DNA from: a virus
Strand: one strand, 5' to 3'
Length of the DNA: 37,836 nucleotides
Virus genome (UHGV): UHGV-0166071
The notes beneath the pieces are model-generated. The model was given only the letters and a program-made list of their open reading frames with translations, had not been told where the DNA came from and ran no database searches. Of this stretch, positions 17,583 to 28,706 are shown one piece after another. The first letter of the stretch is position 1; each line of letters starts with the position of its first letter. Both the position numbers and the translations under genes were made by a program.

Positions 17583-18134
17583 ATGGCACTCACCGACAAA
17601 CAAGAGATGTTCTGTCGCGAGTACCTCATCGATTTAAACGCCACGCAAGCGGCTATTCGGGCGGGGTACAGCGCAAAGACAGCTAACCGTACCGCATCCG
17701 AAAACCTGTCAAAACCTGACATCAAGTTAAGAATCGCCGAACTGAAAGCACAACGCAATGATCTTGTTGGTATTAATGCAGAATATGTACTTAATCGCCT
17801 TATTGAAATCGACCAGATGGATGTGCTCGACATTCTCCTGCAAAACGGTGAGTTAAAGCCCATTAAAGACTGGCCTAAGGTATGGCGCACAACGCTATCA
17901 GGAATGGATGTCGTGGAGATGGCATCCGCAGATAGCGCCGCACTTCTGAAGAAAATCAAATGGCCTGATAAGGTCAAAAACCTTGAGTTGCTCGGGCGTC
18001 ATGTTTCTGTTCAGGCGTTTAAAGACAATGTCAAAAATGAAGTGACTGGCGCTGATGGAGGACCAGTCAGAACAGAAATTACCAACTTAACGCCGGAGCA
18101 GGCTGCAGAAGTGTATAAAAAAATGATGGGCTAA
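17583..18134 (+). CDS. terminase small subunit
   Basis: [30 protein letters not shown].. is a typical small-terminase N-terminal HTH; immediately precedes the large subunit. Confidence 0.85.
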   Translation: MALTDKQEMFCREYLIDLNATQAAIRAGYSAKTANRTASENLSKPDIKLRIAELKAQRNDLVGINAEYVLNRLIEIDQMDVLDILLQNGELKPIKDWPKVWRTTLSGMDVVEMASADSAALLKKIKWPDKVKNLELLGRHVSVQAFKDNVKNEVTGADGGPVRTEITNLTPEQAAEVYKKMMG

Positions 18135-18136
18135 GT

Positions 18137-19759
18137 ATGCCGTTACCATTCCCCTTCGATTTTAAACATCCTGATTACCAGATGGTTTTTGAATGGCGGA
18201 TGGAACGCCTACAGCGCATTCGCCAGAACCCTGAAATATTGCCAGCACTAAAACAGTTTTACCGAACCAACCCGGCTCAGTTCATCATCGACTGGGGCAT
18301 GACAACGGACCCGCGTAATATTGATTATGGCCTGCCGGTGACCATTCCGTTTTTACTCTTCCCTAAGCAGGAGGAGTGGATCCACTGGATTATGGAACGC
18401 TGGGGTAATCGGGAGAATGGTATTACCGAAAAATCCCGTGAAATGGGGCTCAGTTGGACCGCGATCGGACTGGCCTGCTCGCTTTGTCTCTTCAACAAAG
18501 AAATGGTTATCGGTTTCGGCTCCCGTAAAGAGGAATACGTCGACAGCACCGGTGACCCGAAAGCATTGTTCTGGAAGGCGCGCAAGTTCGTGGAAACGCT
18601 ACCTGTAGAGTTTCGCGGTTCGTGGAGCGAGAAGAAGCACGCGCCATATATGCGTGTTGAGTTTCCTGAAACTGGTGCCGTTATCAAAGGCGAGGCTGGC
18701 GATAATATTGGTCGTGGTGACCGTACCACGCTTTATCTGGTTGATGAGGCTGCATTCCTTCAGCGTCCTCTGCTGATTGATGCTGCGTTGTCACAAACGA
18801 CGCGTTGCCGTATTGACCTGAGTTCAGTTAACGGCATGGCGAACCCGTTCGCTCAGAAGCGTCATGGCGGGAAGATACCGGTATTCACATTCCACTGGCG
18901 GGATGATCCTCGCAAGGATGAAGAGTGGTATCGCAGGGAATGCGAGAAAATCGATAATCCGGTGGTGGTGGCACAGGAACTTGATCTGAACTACAGCGCA
19001 TCTGCGGAAGGCGTCCTGATCCCGTCCGACTGGGTACAGGCTGCCGTCGACGCACATATCAAACTTGGTATTCAGCCAACGGGCAAGCGACTGGGCGCGA
19101 TGGACGTCGCCGACGAAGGCCGGGACAAAAATGCCTTTTCGACCCGTCACGGCTTCCTTCTGGAGAACGTGCGTGAATGGTCCGGCGTTGGCAGCGACAT
19201 TTACCAGTCTGTTGAGAAGGTCTTCGGCTTTTGCGAACAGGACAACCTCGAAGAGTTTCGCTTTGACGAGGACGGGCTGGGCGCTGGCGTTCGCGGCGAT
19301 GCACGCGCTATCAACGAACTGCGTAACGCTGCGCGCCGACCGTCAATACTCGCAACACCGTTTCGAGGTAGTGGCGCGGTATTTGATCCGGATGATGAAG
19401 CGGTGCGCGGTGACAACGGACAGGCCGCCCGCCTGAACAAGGACTTCTTCGCTAACGCCAAAGCCCAGAGCTGGTGGCGGTTACGTAAACTTTTTCAGAA
19501 TACCTGGCGCGCCGTGGTCGAAGGTATGGCTTACAACCCGGACGAAATCATCTCAATCAGCAGTAGCATGGCACTCAAAGATAAACTCATCATCGAGCTT
19601 TCGCAGCCGACCTATTCCATTAATGGTGTGGGAAAAATCGTTATTGATAAACAGCCTGATGGAACCCGGTCGCCAAACCTTGCCGACTCGGTGATGATCA
19701 ACTATGCCCCAATGAATTCAGCCCTGAACATCTGGGAGCTGCTAGGGAGACAGGCCTGA
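18137..19759 (+). CDS. terminase large subunit (540 aa)
   Basis: Size and position; ATPase-like region ..[10 protein letters not shown].. and nuclease-type acidic residues ([11 protein letters not shown]); follows the small subunit. Confidence 0.85.
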   Translation: MPLPFPFDFKHPDYQMVFEWRMERLQRIRQNPEILPALKQFYRTNPAQFIIDWGMTTDPRNIDYGLPVTIPFLLFPKQEEWIHWIMERWGNRENGITEKSREMGLSWTAIGLACSLCLFNKEMVIGFGSRKEEYVDSTGDPKALFWKARKFVETLPVEFRGSWSEKKHAPYMRVEFPETGAVIKGEAGDNIGRGDRTTLYLVDEAAFLQRPLLIDAALSQTTRCRIDLSSVNGMANPFAQKRHGGKIPVFTFHWRDDPRKDEEWYRRECEKIDNPVVVAQELDLNYSASAEGVLIPSDWVQAAVDAHIKLGIQPTGKRLGAMDVADEGRDKNAFSTRHGFLLENVREWSGVGSDIYQSVEKVFGFCEQDNLEEFRFDEDGLGAGVRGDARAINELRNAARRPSILATPFRGSGAVFDPDDEAVRGDNGQAARLNKDFFANAKAQSWWRLRKLFQNTWRAVVEGMAYNPDEIISISSSMALKDKLIIELSQPTYSINGVGKIVIDKQPDGTRSPNLADSVMINYAPMNSALNIWELLGRQA

Positions 19760-21225
19760 TGGCACGAAACAAACAAGCCACGCGGCGAACGGCACAGGCC
19801 ACCGCTGATGGCTATGAGAACTTTGTTGCCCGCGTGGGGATGCAGACGCCTAACCAGCACTCAGCATCGACCTACCGGGCTAACTTCACCAGTCGTAACC
19901 GCATGCTGGTGGAATGGTCCTATCGTTCGTCCTGGATCATCGGCGAAGCGGTCGACGCTATCCCGGATGATATGACCCGCAAAGGCATTCGCATCACTTC
20001 GGAAATTGATGCAAAAGATCGTGGCATTCTCGAATCACAACTGGATGAGTTGCAAATCTGGGATGCGCTGAATGACGTGCTGAAATGGTCGCGCCTCTAT
20101 GGCGGCGCGGTGGGTTTCATCATGATTGAGGGGCAGGCACCAATGACCCCGCTGCGACCCGAAACCATCGGTAAGGGCAAGTTTAAGGGGATTCTCCCGC
20201 TCGACCGCTGGATGATCGACCCGGTACTGACCCGCCGCATTAAAGATATGGGGCCGGACCTGGGTAAACCTGAGTTTTACGATGTGGTGACCACAGCAAC
20301 GGGAATTCCTGCCTGGCGCATTCATCACAGTCGACTGATTCGCTTTGATGGCGTCACGCTGCCATTTCAGCAGAAGATGACTGAGAACGAATGGGGAATG
20401 TCGGTTGTAGAGCGTATCTGGGATCGTCTTACCGCGTTCGACAGCGCTACTGTCGGCGCGGCGCAGCTGGTCTACAAAGCGCATCTGCGGACCTACAAGG
20501 TGGAAAAACTTCGTGAGCTTATTGCGCTGGGCGGCCAGGCATTCGAGGCGCTGCTGAAAAACATTGATCTGATTCGACAGTTTCAGAGCAATGAAGGCAT
20601 GACACTAATGGATGCCAAAGATACCTTCGAAACCCACCAGTACAGCTTCAGTGGTCTGGATGACATTCTTTCGCAGTTCGCTGAGCAGATCAGCGGTGCC
20701 GTCGGCATCCCGCTGGTACGCCTGTTTGGTCAATCCCCGAAAGGCTTCTCAACTGGTGACGCAGACCTCGCCAACTATTACGACCGGGTGAGTTCATTGC
20801 AGGAGCGACGATTACGGCTGCCGATGCGCCGGATACTGGACATTATGCACCGCTCGGAACTCGGTAAGCCGCTGCCGGACGATTTCACGTTTGAGTTTAA
20901 CCCGCTCTGGCAAATGTCTGATGTCGATCGTTCAACGGTGGCGTTAAATACCACCAACGCAATCAGTACAGCGCTGGGTGATGGTCTGATGACACTGAAA
21001 GCCGCTATGACTGATTTGCGCGAAAATTCTGACGTAACCGGCATCGGGGCATCCATTACCGACGAGGACATAGAGAATGCCGAAGACGAAGCGCCGCCAG
21101 GCATCCGCGAACCTGATGACGAACCGCAGGAGCCGTCAGGCGGAAATCCGCTATCGAACCAGCCTACGCAGGATAGCGCGGGCGGTCGGAGACATCGTAA
21201 ATGGTCACTACGATGGTTCAAATGA
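19759..21225 (+). CDS. portal protein (488 aa)
   Basis: Follows the large terminase with stop/start overlap; size and composition typical of portal proteins; 3' end overlaps the next gene. Confidence 0.8.
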   Translation: MARNKQATRRTAQATADGYENFVARVGMQTPNQHSASTYRANFTSRNRMLVEWSYRSSWIIGEAVDAIPDDMTRKGIRITSEIDAKDRGILESQLDELQIWDALNDVLKWSRLYGGAVGFIMIEGQAPMTPLRPETIGKGKFKGILPLDRWMIDPVLTRRIKDMGPDLGKPEFYDVVTTATGIPAWRIHHSRLIRFDGVTLPFQQKMTENEWGMSVVERIWDRLTAFDSATVGAAQLVYKAHLRTYKVEKLRELIALGGQAFEALLKNIDLIRQFQSNEGMTLMDAKDTFETHQYSFSGLDDILSQFAEQISGAVGIPLVRLFGQSPKGFSTGDADLANYYDRVSSLQERRLRLPMRRILDIMHRSELGKPLPDDFTFEFNPLWQMSDVDRSTVALNTTNAISTALGDGLMTLKAAMTDLRENSDVTGIGASITDEDIENAEDEAPPGIREPDDEPQEPSGGNPLSNQPTQDSAGGRRHRKWSLRWFK

Positions 21226-21850
21226 TAGCGTTACCGAAATAATGGATGCGCTGGAGCGCTACAGCGAAATCATCACCCCCTGGGCGACGAAGGTTGCTGA
21301 GAACTTTACCGCCGACATTGCACGCCAGAATGAAAAGCAGTGGCGTCAGTACAGCCGGAACATCAGCGCAGAGCTGCGCAACATGGTCGACCGCGCCCCG
21401 GTAGGCCAGGTGATGAAATCCATCGTCGCCGAGCAAATTAAGTACATCAAGTCACTGCCTCTTGAGGCCGCCGATCGGGTGTATGACATTCAGAACAAGG
21501 CCATCGAGGCCGTTGTGTCTGGTGGCCGCGCTGAACCATTCGCGAAAGAGATAGCAGCGTCCGGTGACGTGTCACGCTCACGAGCGAACCTTATCGCCCG
21601 TACCGAGCTTGGACGTGCAACCGGCGCACTCGATCAGGCGCGTGCGCTGTCAATCGGCTCGAATGGTTATATCTGGCGTACAGCCGAAGATGGCGACGTC
21701 CGGCACTCTCATCGTGAGATGGAAGGCAAGTTTGTCGAATGGGGCCGACCTCCAACGCTTGACGGCATGACCGGTCACGCTGGAGGGCTCCCGAACTGTC
21801 GATGTTACAAAGAAATCGTCCTCCCCAACCCTCATTCTTATCTCGCCTGA
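21077..21850 (+). CDS. head morphogenesis protein (Mu F-like minor head protein), 257 aa
   Basis: Mu gpF/SPP1 gp7-like C-terminal region (..IWRTAEDGDVRHSHREMEGKF..GLPNCRCY..); first ATG lies 149 nt inside the portal ORF, so the start is uncertain. Confidence 0.7.
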   Translation: MPKTKRRQASANLMTNRRSRQAEIRYRTSLRRIARAVGDIVNGHYDGSNDSVTEIMDALERYSEIITPWATKVAENFTADIARQNEKQWRQYSRNISAELRNMVDRAPVGQVMKSIVAEQIKYIKSLPLEAADRVYDIQNKAIEAVVSGGRAEPFAKEIAASGDVSRSRANLIARTELGRATGALDQARALSIGSNGYIWRTAEDGDVRHSHREMEGKFVEWGRPPTLDGMTGHAGGLPNCRCYKEIVLPNPHSYLA

Positions 21851-21864
21851 ATCGCAGGTAAAAC

Positions 21865-23085
21865 ATGAAATATTTTTTCAATACCCGGCTGGGGGAAACC
21901 CGCTATCAGCTGGCTGACGGCTCGCTGCTGTGCAAAGACGTGCCGATAGGTCGAACGGGTAAGCAGCTCTACGGCGCTGCCGATCTGCCAAACCTCAAAC
22001 CCGACAAGCTCGGTGAGATAGTCGTAACGCGTTCTCCTGAGCAGGTATTCCATCCGGCCACGCTCGCCTCATTCGAAGGGATGAGCATCACGATTCTGCA
22101 TCCTGAAGATGAAAACGGGAATGTGCGGCTGGTAAATCCCGAGAACTGGAAAGAGCTTGCTGTCGGGCACCTCCAGAATGTCCGGCGCGGGACGGGTGAG
22201 CAGTCTGATTTGATGCTGGCTGACCTTATCGTCAAAGACGAAAACGCCATTCAGCTTATCGAAGATGGCCTGCGTGAAGTGTCGTGCGGCTATGACGCGG
22301 AGTACGAGCAGACCGAGCCAGGTAAAGCCGAGCAGGTCGATATTACCGGAAACCATGTGGCTCTTGTCCCCAAAGGCAGAGCCGGAAATCGTTGTGCAAT
22401 TGGAGACAGAGACACAATGGCAAATCAAAAGAAAAGCTGGTGGACCCGCATGCGCACGGCCATCAAAACGGGTGACGCTGACACCATGAACGAACTGGTG
22501 GAGTCGGCTCCCGCATCGGTTACAGGAGATGAGGGGGATTTGCCGCAGGGCGTTAATCTCAACATCAACCTGTCCCCGCAGCAACCGCTACCGGACAAAG
22601 CACCAGAGATGGGCGGAGGTCCAACCGGCGACAGTGATGATGACCTCAAAACATTACTGACAGCCCTGCTGGCTAAGCTGGAAGGAAATGCGACGGGCGA
22701 TAACGACAATAAGCCTGACGATAATCCGACCGGTGACGGCGAGGACGATGAAGAGGAAACCACGGTTACTGGTGACTCAGCCTGGCGTGCCGAAGTTATC
22801 GTTCCGGGTATCGATCTGAGCCGTAAGATGAAACCGACCGCGTTCAAACGCGAGGTTCTGGCTTCCGCAGATAAAACGCTGGTTCGCCAGATCGTCGGTG
22901 ATGCGGATATCCGCAAATTACCGAAACAATCGGTCGACATGGCGTTTAATGCCGTGTCTGAGATTGCCAAAGGACGAAACACCCGCGCCACCACCGGCGA
23001 TGCACAGCGCCCAAACATGGGCATGACCAGTATCGCTTCCCTGAACAAACAAAACGCTGAATTCTGGGCAAACCGTAAAGGGTAA
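21865..23085 (+). CDS. putative prohead scaffold/protease-like protein (406 aa)
   Basis: Between the head morphogenesis and capsid genes; long acidic low-complexity central region (..GDSDDDLK..GDGEDDEEE..); family assignment tentative. Confidence 0.55.
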   Translation: MKYFFNTRLGETRYQLADGSLLCKDVPIGRTGKQLYGAADLPNLKPDKLGEIVVTRSPEQVFHPATLASFEGMSITILHPEDENGNVRLVNPENWKELAVGHLQNVRRGTGEQSDLMLADLIVKDENAIQLIEDGLREVSCGYDAEYEQTEPGKAEQVDITGNHVALVPKGRAGNRCAIGDRDTMANQKKSWWTRMRTAIKTGDADTMNELVESAPASVTGDEGDLPQGVNLNINLSPQQPLPDKAPEMGGGPTGDSDDDLKTLLTALLAKLEGNATGDNDNKPDDNPTGDGEDDEEETTVTGDSAWRAEVIVPGIDLSRKMKPTAFKREVLASADKTLVRQIVGDADIRKLPKQSVDMAFNAVSEIAKGRNTRATTGDAQRPNMGMTSIASLNKQNAEFWANRKG

Positions 23086-23088
23086 AAA

Positions 23089-23595
23089 ATGAATAATGTA
23101 TTTCTGTACCGGATGCCTGTTGGCATTGCCGGGGCTGTCTCTCGCCCGCAGGACTTAACCGTCGAACCGGTGGTCCTTAAATCCGATAACGCCTTCGCTG
23201 CCTATGGCCTGGCTGGTAAATACGATGATGACGGTTTTTTCGTGCCGCTGGCAGATGGTGATACCGCAGACAAGGTGAAGGGGATCTACGTGCGCCCTTA
23301 TCCGACCACGTCGCAGCCGGACATGGTTCGCCAGGTGGGAACAGGCAAGAACTTCCCGGGCGACGCCATGAAGCGTGGCTACGTGACTGTTAATCTCGGT
23401 TCTGATTTTGATGCCAGCACCATCAAAAAAGGCGACCCGGTATACGTTGTCGTCTCCACTGATGAATCCATCAAAGTGCCGCTGGGTGGATTCATGTCCA
23501 CGTCAGTCAGTGGCAAAAATGTGGTGCTGACCAACGCTGAATTCACAGGTGCCGGTGATGCTGACGGCAATGCAGAAATTTCCTGGAAGATTTAA
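23089..23595 (+). CDS. putative head decoration/structural protein (168 aa)
   Basis: Small gene immediately upstream of the major capsid gene; no confident family. Confidence 0.5.
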   Translation: MNNVFLYRMPVGIAGAVSRPQDLTVEPVVLKSDNAFAAYGLAGKYDDDGFFVPLADGDTADKVKGIYVRPYPTTSQPDMVRQVGTGKNFPGDAMKRGYVTVNLGSDFDASTIKKGDPVYVVVSTDESIKVPLGGFMSTSVSGKNVVLTNAEFTGAGDADGNAEISWKI

Positions 23596-23606
23596 GGAAC
23601 AGACGA

Positions 23607-24548
23607 ATGATTACTTTTGATCAGGCAACCGTTGACAGCTCTGGTGCCTTTCTCATCGGGGAGCTGGAGCGACTCGACCAGACGCTGAACCTGCCACTGG
23701 TGGGGTACACCTGGACCCGCGATATTCAGTTGCGTGAAGATGTCTCTATCGCAGATGACATTTCCAGCTGGACGAATACCAGCTTCGCCGCTGCGGGTAC
23801 TGGTGCAAATCCGAATGGCAAAAACTGGGTAGGCAAAGACTCAACCGCTATTGCTGGCGTGAACGTGGATATCGGCAAATCCGGTAACCCGCTGAACCTG
23901 TGGGGGATGGAACTTGGCTGGACGGTCATAGAATTGCAGGCTGCTCAGCAGGTCGGCCGCCCGATTGATACGCAGAAGTATGACGGTATGCAACTGAAAT
24001 GGCAGATGGATAACGATGAACAGGTATATGTTGGCGATTCCGCATTAAACCTGAAAGGCCTTGTTACCCTGGACGGCGTGCCTGTCAACAACGCTGCTAA
24101 AACGTTGGCAACCTCAACACCGGACGAAATCCGCGCAAGCATTAACCAGGTGCTGTCTGATGCGTGGGCCGCTTCCGGTTACTCTGTGGTTCCGCGTGAT
24201 TTGCTGATCCCGCCTGAGCAGTTTGCTCTGTTGTCCAGCATCATCGTTTCATCTGCGGGTAACCAGTCCCTGTTGACGTATCTTCAGACCAACACCATCA
24301 GCTATCACCAGAACGGTGTTCCGCTGAATATCCGCGCGGTTAAATGGCTGAAAGGCCGTGGTGTGGGGAAAAAGGATCGCATGGTTGCGTACACCAACGA
24401 TAAAAAATACGTCCGCTACCCGCTGGTTCCGCTTCAGAGCGTGCCGGTGCAGTATCGCGGTCTGTATCAGATCGTCACTTACTACGGCAAGCTGGGCGCG
24501 GTTGAGCCAGTGTACAAAGAAACCATTTCGTACGTTGATGGCATTTAA
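23607..24548 (+). CDS. putative major capsid protein (313 aa)
   Basis: Position after scaffold/decoration genes, typical size, and a strong GC hairpin directly after its stop. Confidence 0.7.
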   Translation: MITFDQATVDSSGAFLIGELERLDQTLNLPLVGYTWTRDIQLREDVSIADDISSWTNTSFAAAGTGANPNGKNWVGKDSTAIAGVNVDIGKSGNPLNLWGMELGWTVIELQAAQQVGRPIDTQKYDGMQLKWQMDNDEQVYVGDSALNLKGLVTLDGVPVNNAAKTLATSTPDEIRASINQVLSDAWAASGYSVVPRDLLIPPEQFALLSSIIVSSAGNQSLLTYLQTNTISYHQNGVPLNIRAVKWLKGRGVGKKDRMVAYTNDKKYVRYPLVPLQSVPVQYRGLYQIVTYYGKLGAVEPVYKETISYVDGI

Positions 24549-24555
24549 CAGCCAC

Positions 24556-24577
24556 ATGGCCCCCTGGCGGGGGCCAT
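24556..24577 (+). terminator. GC-rich stem-loop after the capsid gene (no U-tract)
   Basis: ATGGCCCCC-tggc-GGGGGCCAT, a 9-bp perfect stem 8 nt after the capsid stop. Confidence 0.4.
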
Positions 24578-24590
24578 TAAGGATGACCCG

Positions 24591-24812
24591 ATGGCAAAAA
24601 ATAATGCAGTAATACACGTACATACCCCGTTTGTGCTCACGCTTCCCGACGGTTCACGGCGCGAGTTTGTTAAAGGCCGTCATGCTGTGGAGGAAGACGT
24701 TGCCACGCACTGGTTCACTCGTGCGCACGCGGAAGTATCCGTTGGCAAAGCCACAGACGCGCGTAACGAGGTAAAAAATGCCAAAGAATCAAAGTCTGCC
24801 AGCGGTAAGTGA
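24591..24812 (+). CDS. hypothetical head-associated protein (73 aa)
   Basis: Track ORF in the late operon frame series; function unknown. Confidence 0.45.
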   Translation: MAKNNAVIHVHTPFVLTLPDGSRREFVKGRHAVEEDVATHWFTRAHAEVSVGKATDARNEVKNAKESKSASGK

Positions 24813-25185
24813 TTTTCGCCGCGACTTCCCGCAGTTTGCTGACCCTGCCAAATATCCCGAAGCACAAATCCAGTTTCGTCTGAATCTGGCTGATGTGCTG
24901 CTGAGCGAAAACGTCACCGGCAAAGAGTTGTTTCCGTACTTTGTCGAGTTGTTCGTGGCTCACTACATGACGCTCTGGGCGGCAGATAGCCGGGCAATGC
25001 TCGTCGGCGGCCCGGGTGGTTCAACCAATGGTGTTCAGTCCTCCAAGTCCGTTGACAAGGTAAGCGTCAGCTATGACACCAGCGCGACGCTAAACCCTGA
25101 CGCAGGCTTCTGGAATAACACCCGATATGGCGCTGAATTTTATCAGCTGATCACGATGTTCGGTGCGGGCGGTCGCCAGCTATGA
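24778..25185 (+). CDS. putative head-tail connector protein (135 aa)
   Basis: Position between capsid and tail genes; family assignment tentative. Confidence 0.55.
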   Translation: MPKNQSLPAVSDFRRDFPQFADPAKYPEAQIQFRLNLADVLLSENVTGKELFPYFVELFVAHYMTLWAADSRAMLVGGPGGSTNGVQSSKSVDKVSVSYDTSATLNPDAGFWNNTRYGAEFYQLITMFGAGGRQL

Positions 25186-25736
25186 GTTTCAAAAGTGGTG
25201 TAACAACGAGGGTTGATAACGCTCAGGCCATTCTGGATGCGCTCCGGTCGCTAACCAAAAAGGATGTGCTGGTGGGCATCCCGGAAGAAGACAGCGAGCG
25301 TGAGGATGTTCCGTTTGGTAATGCCGGGATCGGTTACGTCAACGAACACGGCTCACCAGCGCAAAACATACCCCCACGCCCGCACCTGATCCCCGGCGTT
25401 AAATCCGTAGAGGAACAGACGGTGCCGCAGCTCAAAGCAGCGGCGCAGGCTGCGCTTGATGGAAATGCGGCGGGTGCGGAAAGAGCGCTTAACCGCGCCG
25501 GAACGCTGGCCGCGAATGGCGTCAGGCGTTACATGACCATTACCGGCTTTACACCGCTTGCTGATAGCACCGTTGAAGCACGTGCACGCCGTGGGCGCAA
25601 AGGGGCAAAAGCGGAACTTGCCCGGCGTTCTGCTGGCGAATCTCCGGGAACCGATCTGGCGAAACCATTAATTGATACCGGGCAATATCGCAGAGCTATT
25701 ACCCATGTTGTGAGGGATAAAGATGCCGACTCTTGA
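25182..25736 (+). CDS. putative head completion/neck protein (184 aa)
   Basis: Translationally coupled to its neighbours in the late operon. Confidence 0.55.
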   Translation: MSFKSGVTTRVDNAQAILDALRSLTKKDVLVGIPEEDSEREDVPFGNAGIGYVNEHGSPAQNIPPRPHLIPGVKSVEEQTVPQLKAAAQAALDGNAAGAERALNRAGTLAANGVRRYMTITGFTPLADSTVEARARRGRKGAKAELARRSAGESPGTDLAKPLIDTGQYRRAITHVVRDKDADS

Positions 25737-26112
25737 TGTAACAGATGTGCTTTTTGACCCCGATTTTTGCGACTTCAATTTGTGGGTAACACGCCGAGTG
25801 CAAACGGTGGATGAGGACGGGATCGGCAGAGACAGTGAAGTTAAAAAGCAGTTTGCCGGAGTCGTAACTGTTGATCGCTCTCTGGAAAACCGCCGTATGC
25901 AGGCAGGGCAGGTAATCAGCGGTGCAATTCTGATTGTGACGACTGAGCGACTGACGCAGGGACAGACTGGCCGTGATGCCGATATCGTGACGTATCAGGG
26001 CCGTGATTATCGTGTGACCTTCGTCGACCCGTATACAGCTTATGGGGCCGGATTCGTTCAGGCGCATTGTGAGTTGATGCCGTTTGATGGGGGAACTCCG
26101 GTTGAGCAATAA
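25723..26112 (+). CDS. putative head-tail adaptor protein (129 aa)
   Basis: Overlapping start with the upstream gene; position. Confidence 0.55.
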   Translation: MPTLDVTDVLFDPDFCDFNLWVTRRVQTVDEDGIGRDSEVKKQFAGVVTVDRSLENRRMQAGQVISGAILIVTTERLTQGQTGRDADIVTYQGRDYRVTFVDPYTAYGAGFVQAHCELMPFDGGTPVEQ

Positions 26113-26650
26113 CACCAGTACAGAGCGCGGATGGTTAATACCAACCAGTGGCGATCCGGATTATGACGAAGCGCTCGACAGGCTGTTAAGCCAGTGGATG
26201 CGTAACGTTTCCGGTCTGTCTGCCGGGATGGTTCGCCCGCGCTGGCAGAAAGAGCAGCCGCCACTGCTACCGGTTGAAACGAACTGGTGTGCGTTTGGGG
26301 TTATCGGATGGTCAGGTGATGACAGTCCGGCATTCACCAGACAGACCGATGATGGCTCTCAGCTCTGGCGGCATGAAACGATTGAGTGTATGGCTTCGTT
26401 TTATGGTCCGGCGGGGATGGTGTATGCGTCCCGGTTTCGTGACGGTATATCTGTACCGCAGAACAATGCAGCACTGAATGCGCTGGGGCTGTCTCTTGGC
26501 GATTACACAGGTCTGACTCCCTTCCCTGAACTTATTAATCAGCAATGGGTCCGCCGCTACGATATGACGGTGCGTCTGCGCCGGAAGGTTATGCGCGAGT
26601 ACGGTATTAAATCGCTGGTGGAAGCACCAGTCATCTTTTTCGGAGATTAA
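26084..26650 (+). CDS. putative tail completion/neck protein (188 aa)
   Basis: Immediately upstream of the sheath gene; start uncertain (overlaps the previous gene by 29 nt). Confidence 0.55.
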   Translation: MMGELRLSNNTSTERGWLIPTSGDPDYDEALDRLLSQWMRNVSGLSAGMVRPRWQKEQPPLLPVETNWCAFGVIGWSGDDSPAFTRQTDDGSQLWRHETIECMASFYGPAGMVYASRFRDGISVPQNNAALNALGLSLGDYTGLTPFPELINQQWVRRYDMTVRLRRKVMREYGIKSLVEAPVIFFGD

Positions 26651-26653
26651 GCT

Positions 26654-27799
26654 ATGGCACAGGGCTTGCCTGTATCAAACGTTGTTAATGTTGATGTGAT
26701 CATGTCGCCGCGTGCAGCATCAGGGCGAAATTTTGGTGCATTACTCATTCTCGGCCCGTCCACAATTATTCCGGTAAGTGAGCGCATTCGCCGTTATTCT
26801 GCCGCGGAAGATATTGGAAAAGATTTTGGCTTGGAATCACCAGAATATAAGGCTGCGCAGGTGTTTTTCTCTCAATCACCGAAACCTCAGGAGGTTTTTG
26901 TTGGTCGTTGGGTGAAAACGAAGGGAGACAGCGAACAGGCCACGCCTGAGACGCTGGAGCAGGCTGTGAATGCCATGCTTGATTATACTTCATGGTATGG
27001 GCTGGGGATTGCAGACGATGCAGATATTCCGGATGCAGACTGGTTGAAAGTGGCTGCGGAGATCGAATCCTCTTCTGTAAGCCGTATTCTGGCGATTACG
27101 ACAAGCGATGAAAAATGCCTGCAGACTGAATCCAGCGATGATTTGGCATCAAAACTGAAAACCGCCGGATATTCACGCAGTTTTATTCAGTATTCATCGG
27201 GTAATAAATACGCTGCGTTATCTGCATTTGGCCGGGCATTCACGGTTAATTTCAATGGCAGTAATACCGCGATTACGCTCAAGTTTAAGCAGGAGCCGGG
27301 TGTCGGGTATGAAACACTGACAGTCAGCCAGGCATCGGCACTTGATGCAAAAAACTGCAATGTGTTCGTGTACTACCAGAATGATACAGCTATCCTCCAG
27401 CAGGGAGTGATGGCTAACGGCGATTTCTTTGATGAACGCCACGGCCTGGACTGGTTACAGAATTATGTGCAGACCAACCTTTATAACCTGCTTTATACCA
27501 GCACCACGAAAGTTCCCCAGACTGAAGCCGGTATTACCCGACTGTTATCAAATGTTGAAAAATCACTGGATCAGGCCGTTCAGAATGGACTGATTGCTCC
27601 GGGCGTATGGAACGGGGGCGACCTTGGTCAGTTGTCATCAGGTGACACGCTGCCCAAAGGTTATTACGTATACGCCCAGCCGCTGGATGAACAGGCACAA
27701 TCAGAACGTGAAGCCCGTAAGGCTCCGGTGATTCAGGCTGCAATAAAACTTGCAGGCGCGGTTCATTACGCTGACGTACAGATTAACGTTGTTCGCTAA
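26654..27799 (+). CDS. putative contractile tail sheath protein (381 aa)
   Basis: Size and position (neck genes, then sheath, tube, chaperone, tape measure); resembles DUF3383-type sheath proteins from memory. Confidence 0.7.
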   Translation: MAQGLPVSNVVNVDVIMSPRAASGRNFGALLILGPSTIIPVSERIRRYSAAEDIGKDFGLESPEYKAAQVFFSQSPKPQEVFVGRWVKTKGDSEQATPETLEQAVNAMLDYTSWYGLGIADDADIPDADWLKVAAEIESSSVSRILAITTSDEKCLQTESSDDLASKLKTAGYSRSFIQYSSGNKYAALSAFGRAFTVNFNGSNTAITLKFKQEPGVGYETLTVSQASALDAKNCNVFVYYQNDTAILQQGVMANGDFFDERHGLDWLQNYVQTNLYNLLYTSTTKVPQTEAGITRLLSNVEKSLDQAVQNGLIAPGVWNGGDLGQLSSGDTLPKGYYVYAQPLDEQAQSEREARKAPVIQAAIKLAGAVHYADVQINVVR

Positions 27800-27809
27800 G
27801 GGGAAGTGA

Positions 27810-28250
27810 ATGTCTACCTATTCTTTTATGGATGTCACTGCGACGCTGACCGGGCCGACCGGTTCGATTGACCTCGGGTACGGTTCGGCAAGTTCTGAGG
27901 AGGGGATTGTGGTTGCGATGGGCGGTCCTAAAAACACCATGACCATCGGTGCTGATGGCGAAGTGATGCACAGCCTCCATGCAGATAAAAGCGGGACGAT
28001 TACCGTTAACCTTCTGAAGACATCACCGACAAATAAAAAATTGTCGCTGGCGTATAACGCACAGAGCCAGTCTTCTGCAACATGGGGGAATAACGTTATC
28101 GTGATCCGCAACAAGGTCAGCGGCGACATCATCACGGCACGCAGTGTTGCGTTCCAGAAACAACCGGATAACGCCAACGCTAAAACCGGTAATACGATGC
28201 CGTGGGTGTTTGACTGCGGCAAGATTGACCAGGTTCTCGGGGAGTTTTAA
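27810..28250 (+). CDS. putative tail tube protein (146 aa)
   Basis: Small gene directly after the sheath and before the chaperone. Confidence 0.65.
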   Translation: MSTYSFMDVTATLTGPTGSIDLGYGSASSEEGIVVAMGGPKNTMTIGADGEVMHSLHADKSGTITVNLLKTSPTNKKLSLAYNAQSQSSATWGNNVIVIRNKVSGDIITARSVAFQKQPDNANAKTGNTMPWVFDCGKIDQVLGEF

Positions 28251-28253
28251 TAC

Positions 28254-28706
28254 ATGGAATTCGAAATCAAAGGCGTGAAATATCGCGTGGCAAAACTCAG
28301 CGTTTTTGACCAACTGAAAGTGACCCGCAAACTTCTGCCGGTACTGGCGGGAATGATGTCAGATTTCGGGAGCATTCGCTCCCGTTTGCCTGCTGACGGC
28401 AAAATCGACACCGTGAAATTCGAGCAGTTAAAACCGGTGTTTGAAACCATGCTCCCGCGTATCGCTGAGGAACTGTCTTCCCTGACCGAAGAAGACACCA
28501 ACGCGATTATTCATCCCTGTCTTGCGGTGGTATTGCGGCGTCATATGGACGGATGGGTGCCGGTATTTACCCAGGGCGAACTGATGTTTGATGATATTGA
28601 CCTGCTGGTCATGCTGCAGCTGGTGGCGCGGGTGGTCGCCGATTCGCTGGGAAATTTTTTGCCCGTGATCCCTACCAGCGCGACGCCGGACCAGCTTCAG
28701 GGCTAA
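28254..28706 (+). CDS. tail assembly chaperone (150 aa), zero-frame product
   Basis: Directly upstream of the tape measure gene; contains a slippery heptamer near its 3' end and an open -1 frame extending to the tape measure start. Confidence 0.7.
   Translation: MEFEIKGVKYRVAKLSVFDQLKVTRKLLPVLAGMMSDFGSIRSRLPADGKIDTVKFEQLKPVFETMLPRIAEELSSLTEEDTNAIIHPCLAVVLRRHMDGWVPVFTQGELMFDDIDLLVMLQLVARVVADSLGNFLPVIPTSATPDQLQG

Noticed and set aside
22425-23126. 233-aa minus-strand ORF inside the scaffold-like gene
   Set aside because: Antisense shadow ORF within a GC-rich, low-complexity acidic coding region; Ser/Pro-rich artificial-looking translation.
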